Source: Minutocellus sp. GHC0000111
Lineage: Eukaryota
Length of the DNA stretch: 64,000 nt
Direction: 5' to 3'
NCBI GenBank assembly: GCA_977018835.1
Contig: OZ361258.1
Span: forward strand, 3,224,001 to 3,288,000
The notes under the pieces: generated by a model
Database searches by the model: none
The model's input: the letters and a program-made list of their open reading frames with translations, nothing else
What the model was told of the DNA's origin: nothing
Translations under genes and position numbers: made by a program
Part shown: positions 57,201 to 64,000 of the stretch, piece by piece
Layout: the number at the start of each line of letters is the position of its first letter
Position numbering within the stretch: the first letter of the stretch is position 1

Positions 57201-60173
57201 TGGCATTGTTGGATGACGACGAGGAGGACGTAGAACAGGTGGAGGACGCAGCGCATCTTCATCCCACAAGTATAATAGTACTGTTGATGGAACTCACCGA
57301 AAATCTGGATGCCTTCGAGAAGAGGGTGTTGGAGGACGAAGGACTGGGCAGTAGCGCTTCTCTGGATGAGAGCGAACACAGCCACGACGACGCTAATGAT
57401 ACGGAAATGCACAAAATCGACTGGACAACTACTCTTCCGCCGAATGAGGTATCGAGCCTTCGGACTCTCATTGCGGCTTGGCTTCATACCGGTCAACTGT
57501 TTCGGACCCTGTCTGTCTTTCTACAGTCGAGGCGCACAATTCTTCGTCCCTTTTACCATTCCTTTTCATTCATGAGAGATACCGATGCTGCCGCAGGTTT
57601 TGTTAGGCAACTAAAAGTGTTGGATGGAATTGACATCCTCGTCGATACGGCGGCCGTCCTTCGATGTCAGAGTCTCGATTTGCGTGGAGATTTGCAATTA
57701 GAATCAGATGGTGTTGTGGAGGAAGATATTGTGCATGACATTGATGGTAGTGCCGCAGATTCCTTCTTCGCAGCTGATGGTCTAGAGCCTGGAAATGCTC
57801 CTAGCAGTGGGGACGTTGAGCATCCGACCGCAATTACCAGTACACAAGGACTTGGTGGGTCGCTTGTTGGGGGTGTCCGAGCCAATCTACGAACGAATCG
57901 CCAGAGACTTTCGCGGCTCGTCACCACGGATCTTGCAAATGTGGCATCGACCCTCACTGGCTCTGGTTCCTTACATGCTGCTGCTGCCACATCAACATCT
58001 GATAGTGGCAAGTCTCCGCCAACACCTCTCACTGCTGCTGTCGCTGCCATTCATATGCAGCACCAGCGGCAGAACTTTGATGCTCCCCACCTAACATTTT
58101 CTCGCAATGCTGCATTCGCAGAGAACTTACGCAAAGAGAGAGACCGCCGCATGGCGAGTTGGGCGAAGGTAGCTGCTGCTTCCCATCAGAATGCGACAGT
58201 CGATATGATCGTTCACACGCGTGGCTTGACCGATAGAGATGTGCAGATTCACCGAGAGCTGCATGGTTTGGCCAGGTACGTGAGAATGGGAGACCAATAT
58301 TAGATTGCTTGATTTATGGGGCTATTCGCTCTCTCTCTCTCTCTCTCTTTTACTTTTCCTTACTCATGCAATCACACGTACGCCTCCCTCCTGTCACCGC
58401 TTCACTCTCTTTGCACACACAGAGCTTTTTACTCAGGTTCTGTAGTGCTCAACATTTCTCAAAATACTCTTTCCAATGCTCTGGTGATACTGGAAATGGT
58501 AATGAAAAGGGAGCAGAAGCATCCTTCGTGATGAGTCCTTTCCGCCCTTCGTTTCTTCGTGCCGCCCTGCTACAGACATCGACACGACAGGAAGCTCAGC
58601 TACAGTGTCTTTTGACTTGCGTCAAGGCTGGTTCGGCCCGCAATGCCACAAAAGCACGGACGGAAGCCCTGCTACAGCCGGCACTGACGTTGCTAGAGTT
58701 TGCCGTATCAAAGAAGCGCGAGAAGCAATCAATACTTCTCAGAGATTTGAAGCTCGGCATCAATCACATTGACGTAGATCAGCTCCGACGAAATGCTATC
58801 CTTCAACCCAGATATCCAACCGTGCTCCATTCTCTATCGGCCGTCACAGTTGAAGGGGCCGTCAAGTCCAAGGCTTCCAATGACTTGATTGGGTCACCAG
58901 CGATGGTCCTTTACAAAATACGCGTATCTGCCATCGTTGAAGCAATCGATAAGGACGACGCCGACAACTGCTTCTATCGAGAGGAATGGGTCATCCTCCG
59001 ACCATTCCGAGATTTTGTGACGCTTCACAAGTATTTGAAGAAATCCGTCAATGAGAAAGAAAGCAGTGGCAACGGCCAATACTCATACCATCGTTGGGCC
59101 AGGCGAATAAAGCTGGTGCACTCGGCGTGACGCAGAAATCGATTGAAAAGCGGCGAGAGATCTTGAGCCAATATCTTTCATACTTGATGGACCCCAAGCA
59201 TTTGCTTCACCAATGCCCCGAGCTGATGCGTTTTCTTGGCGCATCAGATGCCTTTCCCGAACAGATTGATCCAAACGCGGGCCCTGATCTTCTTGGTCGA
59301 ATCCATTTGAAACGGACGCCGCTGTCTAGAGAAGTCGTTTTAGATGATATGATGCGGCTTGGATTGGGCGTCTCTCATGTAAATATTGCTGGAATTATGT
59401 CCGAAAATACTGACATGGCATCAAGGGGAGCCGCGGTTGCCGTTTCTCCTCGGGGGATGTCCTCGCCTCGGCTGGTCCCTAAATCTGGCTCGACAGGGGA
59501 CCTTCCTGCGGCAAATGTCGATAGCACTACTAGTAGTGCAAATTCAGGGGGCAAAAGACCAGCACGGTCCAGCAGCAGTAGGGCACAGGAAAAGAAGGGC
59601 AATTCTCTACAGAGGGCGCGTTGGGCCTCCATTAAATCTCAGGTGGAACAGGTCTCTCTTAGCGAAGTCAGGAACGGGATCTTTCGATTCATCCGGCATC
59701 TCTTTGATCTTGAGAATGCTTCGTTTTTCCGTAATCGAATTCTGTCGGCCCTTAAAACAATGTCGTTCGCCGTTACTTCAAGTACAGAATTTCATAAATT
59801 GCTCTTTCGAATGCACCTACAGCAGGCATCGGCTGAAGCTTGGGCAGGGTGGATATCCTTCGGACGTGAAATTTTGTGGCCAGATGGAATCTTCTTTGAT
59901 TCTGCTCCGCCCCAGAGTCCCGAAGAACTGAAAGCTCAAGAGGAACAAGCAAAATTATTGCTATTGGCAATGTTCCCTGAGCAAATGCGAGCCGTGTTGA
60001 GTGAGGACATTGCCATGGACGGTATTTGGATACTGCACGAAATGTTGCAGAACAGAGTTGTCTTGCGGAGCATGAGCTACATGCTCATGGATGAAGTGTA
60101 CGCGTCCATATTCCCGGCTTTGAATGATGTTGTCACTGGTGTCTCCGCGGTGGATGTGCAGGATGGTCCATAG
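54232..60173 (+). CDS. PXA-PX-Nexin_C sorting nexin (SNX13/14/25, Mdm1-like); several frame disruptions
   Basis: Two N-terminal TMs; PXA (LIMRDFIHCWF; LRSMAVEMVASCVLAPIM); PX (LRPFRDFVTLHKYL..IEKRREILSQYL); Nexin_C (REILWPDG..HEMLQN..VYASIFP). Intron ~58276..58422; frame breaks near 56970, 58530 and 59073. Confidence 0.8.
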
Positions 60174-60728
60174 CTTAATCTAGGTTCACTATCTAGCTCT
60201 CTTCTTGATAGGTGTTTCTACGTACCGGTAGCACTGAAGTTCTGGCTACTAGTACATGTAGAAGCGACGGTACGAATGGCAATCTGGGGCTTTCTTTGCT
60301 TCTTGGGTTATGCGGGCGCTCTTTCCGGCAGCAGTCACAGAAAAACTTGGTCTTATTTGATGGATGCTTGGAATGCGTTTCGCAAAAATGTTCGCCTACC
60401 AGCTTTCAGGCAAAGATTCCCACTTTGGTTCTCACACAACCCCAACTACCTGGAGGGTTTGGAGACAGATTTTGGAGTTCCTCTCTTTGTACCTAGGTAA
60501 GGCATGCCTTGACGACTCCCGGCGTAGCCATTTTGGTCGATTGTGTTGATCTGATGATGATGAGTACTCGCCTAGTTTATTGGGCTTGAGTTCCCTAATC
60601 TCTAAATGTAAAATCCGCTGTAGCAATTGTCCGAATAAATTAACCGAAAATAGAATCAGAAATCGTCGTTTGACGGAGTTTGTACTTTGCATGCGTGCCG
60701 GATACTAATAATCCTAATCGATGCTCCA

Positions 60729-61881
60729 CTATTTCAGCCCATAGACCTGGGTCTCTAGCAGCTGGCATCCATTCGCTGAGGTCGTTTGCTCTAGATCCGA
60801 AAAACCTAGTTTCTCTAGAGTGTCGCGGTATCCATGTCGAATTGTAACTTTGGCTTTGCCGCGTCGTCTAGATTTTCCATGGCAGAAGGCCCCAAATAAC
60901 TTTCTAGGCAATCTGTTATCTCCCATGTTTGCAACCTTCTCTAACCATCTGCATCTCCTTAGTTCTAGATTGGTTTCCATCGTGTAGGCACTAAGAGCTT
61001 CAGCTCTAATTTCATCGTTTGTGACTTTACCGTCCCGGTAGAAGTTATACCCAATGATTTGACGGAGGCAGTTGTGGTGCATAGATTCTAGCTTTTTGAT
61101 CAGTGATGGTTTGAGCGCCCCCAGCTTTCGCATCCCCATAGAACTGCGTTGACGGTGAGGGCATTGTAGTGTCGTAGTCGCTCGGGTAGTGGTACGTCCT
61201 TGTTGGTGAAGATATTATCTCTCATCGCTTGGAATTGGCCTTTGGCTTGCTTGATTCTGGCATTTGTGTCAACTGTGTCGTTCAGTTGCTTCTCAAGCAG
61301 GCTGCCGAGGCATTTGAATTCATCGGTGTGCGACATGTGTCGGTCATAATCGATAATAATGTCTGCAGTTGCTGCCAGTAGCTCCTCCTCGGTGTGCGGT
61401 TCCTTCCTAGGTGGCGGGATGTACAGGGCTTCTGTCTTGGAGCCTTGTCCGAGGGATCTGCTACCGGTTTGTGCTGTCAGGCCAAATCGCTTGAAATGGG
61501 AGACGATAAGTTTTGTAGCTTTGATGGCATCTTCACGGTTCAACAATATAAATGCGGCGTCGTCAACGTAGCAGGACTTGAAAAAGGAAAATCTCTCTCC
61601 CTCCTTAGTCTTCACCGGCATCTTCGTGAGTTGGCCTCGGGCTCTACCTTCTTTGTCGTCTGGGACACATGCTGAATGAAGGTTAGGCTGCTCAAAATCC
61701 CACAAGTCGTCAAGGCTCTCCGCTACGCAATTCGTAAACATAGTGAATAGGATGGGGCAAGATTGTCGCCTTGCTTTACACCGCAGGTAGAGCCAAAGGT
61801 GGCTTTCTCCTTCCCGATTCGTAGATCAATCTTGACGTCGCGACACAGCTTCTGGATCACCGAAATCAGACTGTTGGGGAC
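60729..61881 (-). mobile_element. Decayed non-LTR retrotransposon (LINE, RTE-like) reverse transcriptase fragment
   Basis: GVKQGDNLAP(I)LF, YVDDAAF, FKCLGS (canonical FKYLGS), LWGCESW, RLPRKL; frameshifts near 61755 and 61118; 5'-truncated at ~61881. Confidence 0.9.
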
Positions 61882-62024
61882 AGTTCAACGCCATCTCATG
61901 CGCCGACTCTTGCAAACGATTGTAGGCCTAGACTTTATGTTCGAGGTGGGGGGCCATGACATTGATGTTCTCTTTGTCAGTCTTAGCGAGAGCACTGTCG
62001 CTTTTCTTGTGTTGATCTGCTGCG

Positions 62025-62331
62025 TCACATTCTCGATAACACACCGCAGGCCAAGGAATTGGCTGCCGCCGCCGCCGATTCGGACGATGGTTCTTCGGTT
62101 TCCAGCAGCAGCAGTTCGTCCAGCTCCTCCAGCTCTTCGGACAGCGGCAGTGACTCCGAGGACGAGAAGCCCACCAAGAAGGAGGACAAGTCCAAGGCCA
62201 AGGCTGCTGCTCCCGCCAAGAAGGACGACAGCAATTCCGATTCTTTGGATTCCGACTCATCCGACAGCGACAGTTCCGACGATGAAGATGACAAGCCCGT
62301 TGCCAAGAAGGCCGCTGCCGCCGCCAAGTAA
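62025..62331 (+). pseudogene. Fragment of a Ser/Asp/Lys-rich (Nopp140/SRP40-like composition) gene
   Basis: Alternating SD-rich and KKAAA blocks with host-like codon usage; no ATG or clean 5' exon seen; lies next to the LINE truncation point. Confidence 0.4.
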
Positions 62332-64000
62332 GACGGCAGTTCTGATTCTTCCGACCCTCAAGGCTGGTGGTGGCAGCAACGCCTCGACGCTTCTACCTCG
62401 GTGGATGGCTGAGCGGCGGCGGCACGAACCTTTTGACAGCATTCTCCCGGCCAGTCTTGTTCACGGGGGAATTCCTAGCTAGCTAGCTACGTAGGAGGTA
62501 GCTAATGAATAATCTCGATTATGGCTTGCTGCATTGCTGCACCGGTAGGCACATGATGACGATAAACGTTTGACGTAGATTTTACTTATACATGTAGGTT
62601 CAAGATTGCTGAATTGCCACTCATTGAAAAGTCCATCTCACATCTTGACAACCAGTGACCAATCGACAATTGAAGCGAAAGCCCTCACCCTTCCCGCGAA
62701 CCTGGTTCCTCCCGGAAGCTTGCTCAGTCTTTAGAACATCTACAAGACGAGAACAACATCGGGGCGGGTTCTGAAGATTTCTTTTAAGAAACTATAGGCT
62801 GGACAAGAAGAGTTCGCAATTGTACATTCGCTGGCCGCGAATCCAAGCTACGCAGAATAATGTCCCAGCCCTGTGTACCCCACCAGTTGCTAATTGGATC
62901 TATCACATTGAATCTAGAAAGCAAGCTGGTGTCGATTCGAAGGGTTGGGTAGACGCTAATGCTAAACCTATTTGTATTATCGGGGATGTTTCGCTTCCGC
63001 TTCATCAGTGGCTTTTGAGAAAGATCCGTCGTGATGAGGTTGTCTCGTGCACTGATCACTCAACGAGAAAAAAATTCGGAATGATATCCCGTGAATTGTG
63101 ATTTCCGTCAAGAGAAAATAATGTTCTGAGATTCAGTGCTATCATCACGTAAAAACAACAAAATTTCCTGAGATGAAAAAAATGCAGTTTCGTTTTCAAC
63201 CTTTTGAGTTCTGACTTTTACTTCTTACTTCATTTGCAATCTGTGATGCTGCTGTCTTCTCAACTCAACTGATTTGCTGATTTCAACGGTATCAAGAGTC
63301 TCAGACTCCAGTGGGATGAGTTGCAACAGAAGCGCCTCTTGAGCCTCTCCCTGCTCTCACCCACCTCAAACAGTCTCCCCCTACTCTAAGAGTAGTGTGA
63401 ACACCGACAGCAGACAAGAGTTAGAGTTAGTCAACATGCAGTCAGATTGTAATCAGGGGCGGTGTAGTGGTAGAACAATGGTACGATTTGATCAACTGTC
63501 GTAGGACCCGCGTCGGTTTGAGTTTCTGCACGGAGTGACAGGAACTACGCCGGTGATCCAACTTTGTTCTGTTTTCTGGGGTACTCTTCAGGTTGTTGTC
63601 ACTGCACCTTTTGTCCTTTGGGTCGCCTCCTACTATGATGGAAGTTCTTGTTGAAGAATCTGCAAATCTGCCGTCGTTAGCCAGTCGTGGTGGGGTGCCT
63701 TGGTGCCTTCATGCTACGTAGAAATTCCTTCGTCTAACTAAAGTTGGCTGCGATGAATTAATTGACTAGGAATTCCTACGTAGCTCGACTGGGTGGTGTT
63801 TGGCTGCGATTAATTTGGAATCTACCATATGTTGCCTGGCTACCTGGCGTCATTGAAGAGGCTGGAATGAGTGGCGCTGCTGGCTGGCTAGATTGGAATT
63901 GTTGACCATGGTTGTTGTTGAAGTCATTGAATGTGTGCTGTCGTTTTTGTTGCAAGTGCAGCTCTTTGTGTCTAGAGTCAGTTGTGTGCAGCATTTAAAT

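Noticed and set aside
60212..60600. Small ORFs downstream of the sorting nexin
   Set aside because: Short, no motifs, embedded in footprint-rich sequence next to the LINE 3' end.
63455..63530. tRNA-like start (ggtgtagtggtagaac, resembling an A box/D-loop)
   Set aside because: No convincing anticodon arm, GTTCGA T-loop or acceptor-stem pairing could be built.
63500..64000. Possible retroelement gag/ORF1 remnant on the minus strand
   Set aside because: Short broken frames with no recognisable motif; truncated by the window edge.

Overview
Gene-dense eukaryotic DNA, very probably a diatom or closely related stramenopile: short GT-AG introns, bipartite signal + AFAP-type plastid-targeting presequences and a chitin-type LPMO. 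About 17 host genes: Lys-rich protein, Diedel-like secreted Cys-rich protein, CLC-6/7-type antiporter, plastid GDT1/PAM71-like transporter head-to-head with plastid TatA/B, double-bromodomain CBP/p300, CK2-beta, a RRGKWT-motif protein, WD40 protein, MGAT4-like glycosyltransferase, a duplicated membrane-protein pair, AA15/AA10-like LPMO, Rtf1, PDZ protein, SMG7/EST1-like protein and a PXA-PX-Nexin_C sorting nexin. Mobile DNA: a ~5 kb two-gene Tc1/mariner-type element with TIRs, an ~860 bp MITE and a decayed LINE RT. Two non-annotatable signals stand out. (1) Short palindromic TA-(N2-6)-TA motifs (TACATGTA, TACCGGTA, TACTAGTA, TAGATCTA, TACGTA, TACCTAGGTA) are scattered through the window. They nest inside each other, coincide with frameshifts in three genes, and form the exact insertion sites of both TIR elements, suggesting a self-propagating transposon footprint/target cycle. 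(2) Repeat sequences show patchy TpA loss with Tyr->His/Cys changes at conserved positions, suggesting a RIP-like TpA->TpG/CpA hypermutation process. All calls are by eye from the sequence and ORF track; no searches were run and counts are approximate hand counts.
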